Below are positions 51,300 through 64,000 of a stretch of 64,000 nt of DNA, piece after piece. Source of the DNA: Chiloscyllium plagiosum (taxonomy: Eukaryota); NCBI RefSeq assembly GCF_004010195.1, contig NC_057749.1, positions 26,334,591-26,398,590 on the forward strand. The letters run 5' to 3'. How positions within the stretch are numbered: the stretch's first letter is position 1; each line of letters starts with the position of its first letter. A program made the position numbers and the translations under genes. The notes beneath the pieces are model-generated. The model was not told where the DNA came from. It saw only the letters and a list, made by a program, of their open reading frames with translations, and made no database searches.

Positions 51300-51992
51300 A
51301 GAGTTGAAAAGTGTGGTGCTGGAAAAGCACAGCAGGTCAGGCAGCATCCGACGAGGAGAGTTGACATTTCGGGCATAAGCCCTTCATCAGAAATGTGGGT
51401 GGGGGGGTAGCTGGGAAGGTGATAGGTGGATGCAGGTGGGGGGTTATTGTGATAAGTCAATGGGGAGGCTGGGGCAGATAGGTGGGAAGGAGGATGGACA
51501 GGTGAACTCTCCCTCCCACTCCAGCAAGGACATGCAAGACCTGGGCTTCCTCCACTGCCAAATCCAAGCCACCGATGTCTGGAGGAAGAACGGCTCATCT
51601 TCTGCTTTGGAAACTTTCAACCACATGGCATCAACATTGACTTCACTAGTTTCTAAATCTCCCCTCCCCCAACTCCATTTCAGATCAAACCCTCTAACTC
51701 AGCGCTGCCCTCTTGATCTGTCCACCTTTCCGCTCCATCTTCTCCCTGCCGACCTACCACAATTACCCCCATCTGCATCCACTTATTGCCATCCCAGCCA
51801 CCTCCCTTCCAAGCTCCACCCCTACCCTCCTATTTATCTCTCAGCCCCGCTCCGCCCCCATATTCCTGATGAAAGGTTTATGCCCAAAATATCAACTCTC
51901 CTGCTCCTCAGATGCTGCCTGACATGCATACTTTTCCAGCACCATCCTTTTCGGCTCTAACTCTGTAGCATCAGCACTCCTCACTTTCTCTC
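51300..51992. mobile_element. Penelope 3' end with inverted terminal repeat
   Basis: Endonuclease C-terminus remnant (LEEERLIFCFGNFQPHGINIDFTSF) between inverted terminal repeats. Confidence 0.75.
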
Positions 51993-52259
51993 AGAAGGGG
52001 AAGGGGAAGACCAAGGGAAGAGCTCACTAATTCCTTGGCTAGAGAGCAGGATGCTGCCCCCATCTCTTGTACAAGACCAAAGCATTTCACATCAACAGCT
52101 TGTTTACCCTCTGATATCCGTGCACCATCTCAATTGTCACAGTTGTATTTTTTCTTTATCTAATTAATCAATGGATCATATCTAAACTGCTGCTTCTTAA
52201 CAGACATAATAAACTTTGAAAATTACTTACAGCTCATCAATTGTCGACATTAAATAGCT

Positions 52260-53215
52260 TCGAGGAGAAAGTGAGGACTGCAGGTGCTGTAGATCAGAGC
52301 TGATAATGTGTTGCTGGAAAAGCGCAGCAGGTCAGGCAGCATCCAAGGAGCAGGACAATCGACGTTTCGGGCATGAGCCCTTCTTCAGGAATGAGGAAAG
52401 TATGCCCAGCAGGCTAAGATAAAAGGTAGGGAGGAGGGACTTGGGGGAGGGGCGTTGGAAGNNNNNNNNNNNNNNNNNNNNNNNNNNNNNNNNNNNNNNN
52501 NNNNNNNNNNNNNNNNNNNNNNNNNNNNNNNNNNNNNNNNNNNNNNNNNNNNNNNNNNNNNNNNNNNNNNNNNNNNNNNNNNNNNNNNNNNNNNNNNNNN
52601 NNNNNNNNNNNNNNNNNNNNNNNNNNNNNNNNNNNNNNNNNNNNNNNNNNNNNNNNNNNNNNNNNNNNNNNNNNNNNNNNNNNNNNNNNNNNNNNNNNNN
52701 NNNNNNNNNNNNNNNNNNNNNNNNNNNNNNNNNNNNNNNNNNNNNNNNNNNNNNNNNNNNNNNNNNNNNNNNNNNNNNNNNNNNNNNNNNNNNNNNNNNN
52801 NNNNNNNNNNNNNNNNNNNNNNNNNNNNNNNNNNNNNNNNNNNNNNNNNNNNNNNNNNNNNNNNNNNNNNNNNNNNNNNNNNNNNNNNNNNNNNNNNNNN
52901 NNNNNNNNNNNNNNNNNNNNNNNNNCCACCTTGTCTCAGTCAAATCCCTCGAACTCAGCACCACTTTCCTAACCTGCAATCTTCTTCCTGACCTCTCCGC
53001 CCCCACTCCCACCTATCACCCTCACCTTGACCTTCTTCCACCTATCGCATTTCCAATGCCCCTCCCCCCAATCCCTCCTCCCTACTTTTTATCTTAGCCT
53101 GCTGGACACACTTTCCTCATTCCTGAAAAAGGGCTCATGACCGAAATGTCGATTCTCCTGCTCCTTGGATGCTGCCTGACCTGCTGCACTTTTCCAGCAA
53201 CACATTATCAGCTCT
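52260..53215. mobile_element. Penelope fold-back insertion spanning a gap, 13-bp TSD
   Basis: Long inverted arms; TSD acattaaatagct at 52247-52259 and 53216-53228. Confidence 0.78.
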
Positions 53216-53402
53216 ACATTAAATAGCTGCATTACAAACTCTAAAATCAACAACAGGGGATTTTATCATTATTTCCTCCTGTCTTCAAAGATCAATGCAC
53301 ATGCACTCCAAGACTCTCTTTCTCATCATAAGTTTTAGAATAATGCCATTAAATCTATATTACCTCTCTACATTCCTTCTGCTAAAGTGTATCATCTCAC
53401 AG

Positions 53403-53587
53403 GAGAAAGTGAGGTCTGCAGATGCTGGAGATCAGAGCTGGAAATGTGTTGCTGGAAAAGCGCAGCAGGTCAGGCAGCATCCAGGGAACAGGATGCTGAA
53501 GAAGGGCTTATGCCCGAAACGTCGATTCTCCTGTTCCCTGGATGCTGCCTGACCTGCTGCGCTTTTCCAGCAACACATTTCCAGCTC
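53403..53587. mobile_element. Penelope fold-back insertion, 15-bp TSD
   Basis: Perfect arms agagctggaaatgtgttgctggaaaagcgcagcaggtcaggcagcatccagggaacagga and its reverse complement; TSD tgtatcatctcacag at 53388-53402 and 53588-53602. Confidence 0.85.
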
Positions 53588-53669
53588 TGTATCATCTCAC
53601 AGCTTCCTGTATTAAATTCTATCTGACACCTGTTTTGTTAGTCCATGTCTTGCTGTAGTTGCTTAGAGA

Positions 53670-53862
53670 GAAAAAAACTGCAGATGCTGGAATCCAAAAT
53701 AGAAAGGCAGGAGGCTGGAAGAAGACAGCAAGCCAGGCAGCAGCAGGAGGTGCAGAAGTCGACATGTTGGGTGTAACCCTTCCTCAGGACTGAAGTTGAC
53801 TTCTGCACCGCCTGATGCGATCTGGCTTGCTGTGTTCGTCCAGCCTCCTGCCTGTCTACTGT
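53670..53862. mobile_element. Penelope fold-back, further family
   Basis: aggcaggaggctgga / tccagcctcctgcct arms; degenerate hammerhead-like gtcctgaggaagggttacaccc on - strand. Confidence 0.55.
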
Positions 53863-54714
53863 GCTGCAGTTGTTTGGCATCCCAACTCTTTGTCCCTTCT
53901 CCAAATTTGCAATCACTGTCAAATTTTGAAGTTTCACCTCTATTCCAATGTCCAAGAATAAATGCATTTGTTTATTATTCTAGCACTGATTCCTGGAAAT
54001 ATCACAACTACCATCCAACTGTCTGAAAAACCTCAAATCAATGATTGCTGCCTTCAAGCCAACTTTTATTCAGGCTGATGAAGATCCTCTTAACCGATGA
54101 ACCACAATCTTATTGACCAATCTTTTTGCATGTTATCTTGTCAAATGCTGTCTTAAAATTGACATGAACCACATTGACTGGCCTTGTTTTATCAAAATCC
54201 TATGTTACAAAAAGATTGAACTTGATATTTCAAATGAAATGTGCCTTTTATAATCCATGCTAGCTCTCCTTAATTAACTCAAATTTGTCGAAGTTGACTG
54301 CTAATATTTCCCCTCGTTAATATTTTGAAAACCTAACCCACCACTGATCTTAAGCTAAAATAAAAATAGAAATTGGTGAGCAAGCTCAGCAGGTCTAGCA
54401 GCATCTGCAGAGGATGAAATTAATATTTTGAGTCCAATATGACTTTAACAGAGCACATTTCAGATATTCAGCATCCACAGTATTAACTGATATTAAACCG
54501 ATTGGCCTTGAGTCACCAAACCATGCTCATAAGTGTGTCAAATCTGCAACTCTCCACAGCTGGTAGCTGTATCCCTACAAAGGGTTGTCATTTCTGCCCA
54601 ACTATGTGACACATCATGCATCCTGGCGCTGGTGTGAGTCGCTTTAAGTTCTTCCTTGATCTATGTCCTCACTTTGTTAATACTTCCTCCTCAATCCCTA
54701 ATATTCATCTTACA

Positions 54715-57700
54715 CAATATGCAGGCTACAAAGCAAAGCTGAGTAGAATTGCTGACAACAGTGCATTCCTCCCCGATGAACTCAATTATTCTATGCCCAT
54801 TTTGAACAAAATATCAGTGAAATAATGTCACCTACTCCAACAGCCTCAGGTGCACCTGTACCCACAGTCACCACCACAGACATCAGATCAGCTTTCCTGA
54901 GTGTGAACCTATGGAAAGCAGCTGTCCCAAATGGAGTTCTCAGCTGTGCACTCAACCTTCATACGGACCAGCTGGCAGGAGTATTTGCAGGCATCTTGAA
55001 CCTCTCCTTATTACGATATGAGGTTCCCATCTGCTTCAAGAAGACCACTATCATCCTGGTGCCAAAGTCAAACCAGGCAACGTGCATTAATGACTACTAT
55101 CCAGGGGCTCTGACATCCTTCATTATTAAGTGCTTCAAGAGGTTAGTACTGGCACATATCAACTCAGGGCTCCCAGATTGCCTATATCTACTACAATTCT
55201 CTTACTATCACAACAGGTCCACAGCAGATGCCTACACTCATCCCTGGAACATCTGGATAACAAGGACACCTATGTCAGACTCTTATTTATTGACTATCTC
55301 CACTTTCAACACCACAATTCCAACAAAACCCATCTCCAAATCATAAGGTCCAGGAGTCTGCTCCACTCTCTGCAACTGGATCCTTGATTCCTGATCCACA
55401 GACTGCATTCAGTAAGGATAGGCGACAACAACTCCTCCAAGGGCAGTAGTGGGAAGTTGTGCGTGGAGTCTGTGAAGCTAGGAGAGGCGCTAAATGAATA
55501 TTTTTCATCAGCATTCACACTGGAAAAAGACACTGTTGTCGAAAAGAATACTAAGATACTACTAGACTGGATGGGATCGAGGTTCATATGGAAGAGGCGC
55601 TAGCAATTCTAGGAAGTGTGAAAATAGATAAGTCCCATGGGCTGGATGGGATTTATCCTAGGGTTCTCTGGGAAGCCAGGGAGCAGATTGCCGAGCCTTT
55701 GACTTTGAACTTTATGTCATCATTGTCGACAGGAATAGTGCTAAAAGAGTGGAGACTAGCAAATGTCGTCTCCTTGTTCAAGAAAGGTAGTAGAGACAAC
55801 CTTGGTAATTATGGAGGATGTCACCTAGACAGGGGACGAAACGTTTACAACAAAAACTTCCAGCTCGGCGAACAGAACCACAGCAACAACCTTGGTAATT
55901 ATAGGCCAGTGAGCATTACTTCAGTTGTTGGTAAAGTGTTGGAAAAGGTTATAAGAGATAGGGTTTATAATCATCTAGAAAGGAATAATTTGATTAGGGA
56001 TAGTCAACACGGTTTTATGAAGGGTAGGTCGTGCCTCACAAACCTTATCGAGTTCTTTCAGAAGGTGACCAGACAGGTGGATGAGGGTAAAGCAGTTGAT
56101 GTGGTGTCTATGGATTTCAGTAAAACGTTTGATAAGGTTCCCCGTAGTAGGCTATTGCTGAAAATACAGAAGCATGGGATTGAAGATGATTTAGCGGTTT
56201 GGATCAGAGATTGGTTAGTTGAAAGAAGACAGAGGGTGGTGGTTGATGGGAAATGTTCATCCTGGGTTCAGTTACTAGTGGTGCACCACAAGGGTCGGTG
56301 TTGCGTCCACTGCTGTTTGTCATTTTTATAATTGACCTAGATGAGGACGTAGAAGGTTAGGTTAATAAATGTGGGGATGATACTAAAGTTGGTGGAGTTA
56401 TGGCCAAAGGATGTTGCAGGTTACAGTGGGACATAGATAAGCTGCAGATATGGGCTGAGGGGTGGCAAATGGAGCTTAATGTAAAAAAGTGTGAGGTGAT
56501 TCACTTTTAAAGGAGTAACAGTTATACAGAGTCCTGGGCTAATGGTAAGATTCTTGGTAGTGTGGATGAGCAGACAGATCTCGGTGTTCATGTGCATAGA
56601 TCCCTGAAAGTTGCCACCCAGGTTGATAGGGTTGTTAAGAAGGCGAGCAGTGTGTTAGCTTTTATTGGTAGAGGGATTGAGTTTCGGAGCCATGAGGTCA
56701 TGTTGCAGTTGTACAAACTCTGATGTGGCTGCACTTGGAGTATTGTGTACAGTTCTGGTCGTTGCATTATAGAAAGGATGTGGAAGCATTGGAAAAGGTG
56801 CAGAGGAGATTTACCAGGATGTTGCCCAGTATGGAGGGAAGGTCTGGTGAGCATAGGCTGAGGGATTTGAGGCTGTTTTCATTTGAGAGAAGATGATTGA
56901 GAGGTGGCTTAATACAGACATACAAGATGATCAGAGGATTAGATACGGTAGACTGAGAGCCTTTTTCCTCGGAGGGTGATGGCTAGCATGAAGGAACATA
57001 GCTTTAAATTAAGATAGATAGGGGCAGAGGTCAGAGGTAGTTTTTTTACTCAGAGTAGTAAAGGCGTGCAACGCCCTGCCTGCATAGTAGCAGACTCACC
57101 AACTTTAAGAGCATTTAAATGGTGATAAACATAAGGACCTTAAAGAGTAGGTAAATCGGCTGCTGATTGGTTCACAGGTTAGCACAACATCGAGAGCTGA
57201 AGAGCCTGTACTGCACTGTTATGTTCTATGTAACATTCTATGTTCTCTATTCTACAATAATCCCTCAACACTGTCCTGCAAGGCTGCATACCGAGTCCCA
57301 TACTTTACACCTTATACATTCATGACTGTGTGACCAAATTCAGCTCTAACTACATTTACAAATTTGCTGATGACACCACTGTCATGGGTTGGATCTCAAA
57401 CAACAATGATACAGAGAAGGAGGAGGAAGTAGACAACTTAACGGCATGGTTAAAGACAACAAGCTCTCCCTCAATGTCAGCTGGTCATCAACTTCAGGAA
57501 GCAAACTGAAGGACACACCCTTGCCTGTATAAATTGTGCTGAGGTGGAGATGGTCAAGGGCTTTAAGCCAACGATCTATTCTGGTCCATCCTCATTGAAG
57601 CCTCTATGTCCTCATTAGGCCAAGAAAATTTGGTATGTCCACAAGGACTCTTACTAATTTTTACAGATCCACTAGAGAGTAACCAATCCAGATGCATCAC

Positions 57701-58345
57701 AGATTGATATGCTAACAGTTCTACCCAGGACTGCAGGAACTTATACAGTGTTATGATCGCAACCCAGTCCATCACGAAAACCAGCCTTCGTTCCATTGAC
57801 TCCACCTAGATATCTCGCTGTTTCAGGAAAGCAGCCAACGTGATCAAAGACCTTTCTGACCCTGATTATACCGTCTTCAATCATCTTCCATTAGGCAAAA
57901 ATTTGAAAACACATACGAACAGATTTAAGAACAGCTCCTTCCCACTGTTATTAGACTTACGAATAGATCTCGGATACATTAGCGTTGACCTTTTTCTACA
58001 CCTCCCCTGTACTTGTAACACTGTTCCATTGTAATGCATGTTTTGTTAATGTGAATTCACTGTAATGCAATTAACAAGTTGTGGACACTGTTTCTAAACT
58101 TTTGAAGCGTGCATTCGCTATAACACAATTCCGGCCCCGTTGGTTTAAATGCTGCTGCTATTATACGATTTTCTTGTAAAACGGGATTGTATGAGAATGG
58201 AATTACCACATTATAGCAGAACATTATGAATGCTGTCCTGTTACTATGATGTACTCATGTCAGGTACGATTTGTCTGGTTAGCACACAATACAATACTTT
58301 TCACTGTATCTCTGTACATGTGATAATAATAAATCAAGTCAAATT
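54715..58345 (+). mobile_element. Rex1/Babar LINE RT split by a CR1 insertion and a MITE (~58020-58225)
   Basis: CFKKTTIILVPK, ALTSFIIKCFKRLV, YKFADDTTV, RFKNSSFP; tail aataaatcaagtcaaa. Confidence 0.82.
55441..57250 (+). mobile_element. CR1 ORF2 3' half nested in Rex1
   Basis: [42 protein letters not shown]; tail ttctatgttctctattcta. Confidence 0.9.
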
Positions 58346-59476
58346 TTACTCCTTTGAAATCAATATTCTCCTTCCTCTCAAATCCCAGCCTCACAGTCAA
58401 AAACTCCTCCCTTCACTCTGTTTTCAGCAACTCTTCAGTGTCAATGATTTCAATCTTCATTTAAATTCTTTTTTTGCCGCCCTCTTTGACATCTCTATAC
58501 TCCTATTTTAATCAGCATTACCTTCCACAAAATTTGCCCCAATAATGCTCTGATTTACTGAAGGGCAAGATTTTGTCAGCTTCTGAGATTTCTGCCTTCA
58601 ACAAGTTAATTTCTACTGACCAATTCACATTCTTCAACCTTGTTTCACGGAGTCTGCTTGACAGCATTTCATAAAAATTCTCTGCCCCTGGCGCAAAGAA
58701 TTCTGAACATCTGGGCCTGATCTTTAGTAATATCCCATGTGACAATTTTGTCTTCTCTGGTGTTTCCCCATCTTGACAATTCTGTGACAATTATGGCACA
58801 GTCATTAGTTTGGGCAAAATATTCAGACATGAACTTGCGAAACTAAATAAAATTACTCGCAAACTTCAATTTCTCAAATAGGAATATCACTAAATATTGA
58901 TCCTTTCATTGAGCCAATGATTCAAATAATGCAATTGAAAAGAGGATACAGCCTTGAACAAAATCTCTAAAGTATTAAGGACACATGCCAGTTTATAAAT
59001 AACTTCGCTATGAATAACTTCACTATTAATCACTGCAATATACTGATAAATGTTTAGATATTCGTGCTTAAGTAATCAATATTCACAACATAAATTAAGT
59101 ATTAACTCACTTTGGAATGGAAACTACTGTTTTGAGTTTTATATCAAGTTATTGAAGGTATATTCTACTGAAAGAATTAAAGATCAGATAAAAAGAATCA
59201 TTAGAATTTCTTGAAACATTTTAAAGTTTAAAGTTCTGGTCAACAACACTTTGCTTATACGTTTGCTCATTGGATGTGGGTGTTACTGGTTGGCATGGAT
59301 TTATTACCCATCACTAAATAGCGTGTAGAAGGTGGGTGCTCAGTTGACTTCTTAACTCAGTCCTCAGTCCCTATACTATTGTTCCAGGATTTTGATTTAG
59401 TGGCAGTGAAGGAACAGTGACATAGCTCCAAGTACAAGACTTTTTCTAATCAACCTGTTCAAAGATACCATTGCAC

Positions 59477-62400
59477 ATAGAGTCACAGAGATGTGCAGCA
59501 TGGAAACAAACCCTTCGGTCCAACTCGTCCATGCCAACCAGATATCCCAACCCAACCTAGACCCACCTGCCAGCATCCAGCCCATATCCCTCCAAGCCCT
59601 TCCTATTCATATACACATCCAAATGCCTTTTAAATGTTGCAATTGTACAGCCTCCACCACTTCCTCTGGCAGCTCATTCCATACACGTACCACCCTCTGC
59701 GTGAGAACGTTGTCCCTTAGATCTCTTTTATAGCTTTCCCCTTTCACCCTAAACCTATGCCCTCTTGTTCTGGACTCCCCAACCCCAAGGAAAATACTGT
59801 GTCTATTTATCCTATCCCTGCTCCTCATAATTTTGTAAACCTCCATAAGGTCACCCCTTAGCCTCCGACGCTCCAGGGAAAACAGCCCCAGCCTGTTCAG
59901 CCTCTCCCTGTAGCTCAATTCCTTCAACCCTGGCAACATCCTTGTAAATCTTTTTTGAACCCTTTCAAGTTTCACAACATCTTTCTGATAGGAAGGAGAA
60001 CAGAATTGCACGCAATATTCCAACAGAGGCCTAACCAATGTCCTGTACAGCCACAACATGACCTCCCAATTCTTGTACTCAATACTCTGACCAATTTAAA
60101 AAAAGCATACCAAATGCCTTCTTCACTATCCTATCTACCTGCGACCTCACTTTCAAGCAGCTATGAACTTGCACTCCAAGGTCTTTTTGTTCAGCAAAGA
60201 CTCTCTGGGACCTTACCATTAAGTGTATAAGTCCTGCTAAGATTTGCTTTCCCAAAATGCAGCACCTCGCATTTATCTGAATTAAACTCCATCTGCCACT
60301 TCTCGGCCCTTCTTCGCTGTCCACTACACCTCCAATTTTGGGGTCATCTGCAAACTTACTAACTAAGCTCGCATCCAAATCATTTATATAAATGATAAAA
60401 AGGAGGGGACTCAGTACCAATCCTTGTGGCACCTCACTGATCACAGGCCTCCAGTCTGAAAAATGATCCTCCATCACCACTTGAAGGTCTTCTACCTTCA
60501 AGCCAGTTCTGTATCCAAAAGACTAGTTATCCCTGTATTCTGTGAGATCTAACCTTGCTAATCAGTCTCCCATGGGAAGCCTTGTCAAATGCCTTACTGA
60601 AGTTCATATAGATCACATCTACCGCTCTGCCCTCAACAATCCTCTTTGTTACTTCTTCAAAAAACTCAATCAAGTTTGTGAGACATGATTTCCCACGCAC
60701 AAAGCCATGTTAACTATCCCTAATCAGTCCTTGCCTTTCCAAATACATGTACATCCTGTCCCTCAGGATTCCCTCCAACAGCTTGCCCATCACCGATGTC
60801 AGGCTCATCGGTCTATAGTTCCCTGGCTTGTTTTTACCACCCTTCTTAAACAGTGGCACCACATTTACCAACCTCCAGTCTTCCGGCACCTCACCTGTGA
60901 CTATTGATGATACAAATATCCCAGCAAGAGGCCCAGCAATCACTTCTCTAGCTTCCCACAGAGTTCTCATGTACACCTGATCAGGTCCTGCGGATTTATC
61001 CACCTTTATGCATTTCAAGACATTCAGCACTTCCTCCTCTATAATATGGGCATTTTGCAAGGTGTCACCAACTATTTCCCTGCAGTCTATATCTTCCATA
61101 TCCTTTTCCACAGTAAATACTGATGCAAAATACTCATTGAGTATCTCCTCCATTTTCTGTGGCTCCACACTAAGGCTGCCTTGCTGATCTTTGAGGGGCC
61201 CTATTCTCTCCCTAGTTACCCTTTTGTCCTTAATGTATTTGTAAAAACCCTTTGGATTCTCCTTAATTCTATTTGCCAAAGCTATTTCATGTCCCCTTTT
61301 TGCCCTCCTGATTTCCCTCATAAGAAAACACCTACTTTCTTTATACTCTTCTAAGGATTCACACGATCTATCCTGTCTATATCTGACATATGCTTCCTTC
61401 TGTTTCTTAACCAAATCCTCAATTTCTTTAGTCATCCAGCATTCCCTATGCCTACCAGCCTTTCCTTTCACCCTGACAGGAATATACTTTCTCTTGATTC
61501 TCGTTATCTCATTTCTGAAGGCTTCCCATTTTCCAGCCGTCTCTTTACCTGTGAACATTTGCNNNNNNNNNNNNNNNNNNNNNNNNNNNNNNNNNNNNNN
61601 NNNNNNNNNNNNNNNNNNNNNNNNNNNNNNNNNNNNNNNNNNNNNNNNNNNNNNNNNNNNNNNNNNNNNNNNNNNNNNNNNNNNNNNNNNNNNNNNNNNN
61701 NNNNNNNNNNNNNNNNNNNNNNNNNNNNNNNNNNNNNNNNNNNNNNNNNNNNNNNNNNNNNNNNNNNNNNNNNNNNNNNNNNNNNNNNNNNNNNNNNNNN
61801 NNNNNNNNNNNNNNNNNNNNNNNNNNNNNNNNNNNNNNNNNNNNNNNNNNNNNNNNNNNNNNNNNNNNNNNNNNNNNNNNNNNNNNNNNNNNNNNNNNNN
61901 NNNNNNNNNNNNNNNNNNNNNNNNNNNNNNNNNNNNNNNNNNNNNNNNNNNNNNNNNNNNNNNNNNNNNNNNNNNNNNNNNNNNNNNNNNNNNNNNNNNN
62001 NNNNNNNNNNNNNNNNNNNNNNNNNNNNNNNNNNNNNNNNNNNNNNNNNNNNNNNNNNNNNNNNNNNNNNNNNNNNNNNNNNNNNNNNNNNNNNNNNNNN
62101 NNNNNNNNNNNNNNNNNNNNNNNNNNNNNNNNNNNNNNNNNNNNNNNNNNNNNNNNNNNNNNNNNNNNNNNNNNNNNNNNNNNNNNNNNNNNNNNNNNNN
62201 NNNNNNNNNNNNNNNNNNNNNNNNNNNNNNNNNNNNNNNNNNNNNNNNNNNNNNNNNNNNNNNNNNNNNNNNNNNNNNNNNNNNNNNNNNNNNNNNNNNN
62301 NNNNNNNNNNNNNNNNNNNNNNNNNNNNNNNNNNNNNNNNNNNNNNNNNNNNNNNNNNNNNNNNNNNNNNNNNNNNNNNNNNNNNNNNNNNNNNNNNNNN

Positions 62401-63770
62401 NNNNNNNNNNNNNNNNNNNNNNNNNNNNNNNNNNNNNNNNNNNNNNNNNNNNNNNNNNNNNNNNNGGGAGTAATCCAGATATTACTACTCTTGAGGACCT
62501 CATTTTTAAATTTCTGCCTAACTCTATGTAATCACCCTTCCTATGTCGTTGGTTCCAATGTGGACAATGACCTCCTGCTGGCCCCTCTCCCCCGTGAGAA
62601 CATTCTGCACCCTCTCTGAGACATCCTTGATTCTGGCACTAGGAAAGCAACACACCATTCTGTTTTTTCGCTGCTGGCCACAGAAATGTCTGTCTGTGCC
62701 TCGGACTGGAGAGTCCCCTAACACAATTGATCTCTTGGAACCTGACGTACCCCTCGTTGCATTAGAGCCAGTCTCAATACCAGAAACTTGGCTGTTCGTG
62801 CTACGTTCCCCTGAGAATCCATCACCCCCTTTATTTTCCAAAACATCATACCTGTTTGAAATGGGTATAGCCACAGAAGGCTGCTGCACTAGCTGCCTAC
62901 CTCTTACCTTTCCTGGAGTTAACCCATCTATCTGACTGTATCTGAGACTTCCCCCCCCCCTTCCTATAACTGCCATCCATCACATACTGTTGCTGTTGCA
63001 AATTCTGCATCACTTCCAACTGTCTCTCCAACCAATCCATTCGATCTGATAAGATTCAGAACCAACAGCATTTATTGCAGATATAATCTGCAAGTAACCC
63101 TTAAACTCTCTTTGAACTCCCACATCTGACAAGAAGCGCATATCTACTAAAGGCCAGTTTTGCTTCTTCACAATCTATAGACCCAGAAAATAACACCGTG
63201 TTATTCCTCTAAAAACATTGCTCCAGGTTAAATCAATAGTTATGGCTTATATTTTAAGTTTAATCAAGAGCCATATCTCAAAAAACATATAATCAAGAAA
63301 GAACCCACTCTACGCAGTACTGCAGACTTTCTGTAGGTCACTCAAAAACAATACACTTATCTGCTTCTGTGCTGTGAACCTCACCCAAACAGTTCTCCAA
63401 GATCAGTTGTGAATTTCACTGTTTGTTAATTTTCCCAGACGCACCCCGATATCCAGCGATACATGAATTCAAACAGTAAAAGACAGTAACTGTGCAGGTT
63501 CACTGCTGTGTCAGTTTCTCTCTCTCTCTCTCCTGCACTTACCTCACCATATGTGCTTCCTTTGTTTGTTCTTCTCCCTTTTAAAACTGCAGTTGTTTTT
63601 ACTTTTTTTCCCCAAAGTTCCAAAACAATGCAACATCATATAAAACAGTAATTGCTGCTCCTGAAATTTGAGGAAATCGCCTCTAACACCTAAAATACCT
63701 CAATAAAGAAGCAGCTGTTACAGCCAGAAATTTTTCCCGTCCTCCATCTTAGATTACCCAGACTCCATCT
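59477..63770 (-). mobile_element. Near full-length CR1 LINE (5' UTR, esterase-type ORF1, ORF2 across gap, 3' tail)
   Basis: ORF1 IVLGDSPVRGTDRHFC...VCCFPSARIKDV...VHIGTNDIG; ORF2 PGNYRPMSLTSVMGK, SKFADDPK, LEYCVQF. Confidence 0.9.
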
Positions 63771-64000
63771 CTGAAACAGCTGGAATGGGAATGCACAGGT
63801 GGCAGGACTCCCAGGCATCTGCTGCCCATGACCTTGTTATTAGTTCATTTATCTGGCCTATGGGCATCAGTGGCTTGTCCAGCATTTATTGCCTGTTCTT
63901 CCTTTCTCTTGAGAAGGTGGCAATGAGCTGCCTTCTTGAGCTGCTATAGTTCATTTGTTGTAAGTACACCCATAATGCTGTTAGGGAAGGGAGTTCTAAG

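Noticed and set aside
58518..58790. 90-aa minus ORF ending at a donor-like GAAG|gtaatg, considered as an upstream exon
   Set aside because: No good acceptor and no resemblance to the sequence expected upstream of exon 48837.
59111..59167. Minus-strand segment with acceptor ttctttcag and donor gtgagt
   Set aside because: Stop codons in all three frames.
1..64000. CRISPR arrays, operons, rRNA or true tRNA genes
   Set aside because: Eukaryotic repeat-rich DNA; no repeat-spacer array; tRNA-like boxes belong to SINE heads.

Overview
Vertebrate genomic DNA, almost certainly from a cartilaginous fish (shark), judged by HE1-type SINEs and shark-style CR1, Rex1 and Penelope repeats. It has four assembly gaps (16907-17380, 20629-20644, 52462-52925, 61563-62465). 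Most of the window is nested retroelement debris: CR1 LINEs, Rex1/Babar LINEs, a Tx1 LINE, a Gmr1-like Gypsy element with solo LTRs, Penelope-like elements (PLEs), SINEs and Tigger-like MITEs. Hidden in it, and not represented as a correct ORF in the supplied track, are four phase-compatible minus-strand exons (48837-48697, 39534-39441, 34911-34843, 19185-19093). They encode the last ~131 aa of a protein resembling the vertebrate 'circularly permutated Ras protein 1-like' (VWA-domain) family, followed by an AATAAA signal. Other notable structures: many short Penelope-derived fold-back insertions with TSDs carrying minimal hammerhead-ribozyme cores whose stems covary between families; a ~1.8 kb degenerate interstitial (CCCTAA)n array with a Penelope insert; several long duplications flanking short filler DNA; and a weakly supported second minus-strand transcription unit. 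All family assignments come from recognising motifs by eye; no database search was run.
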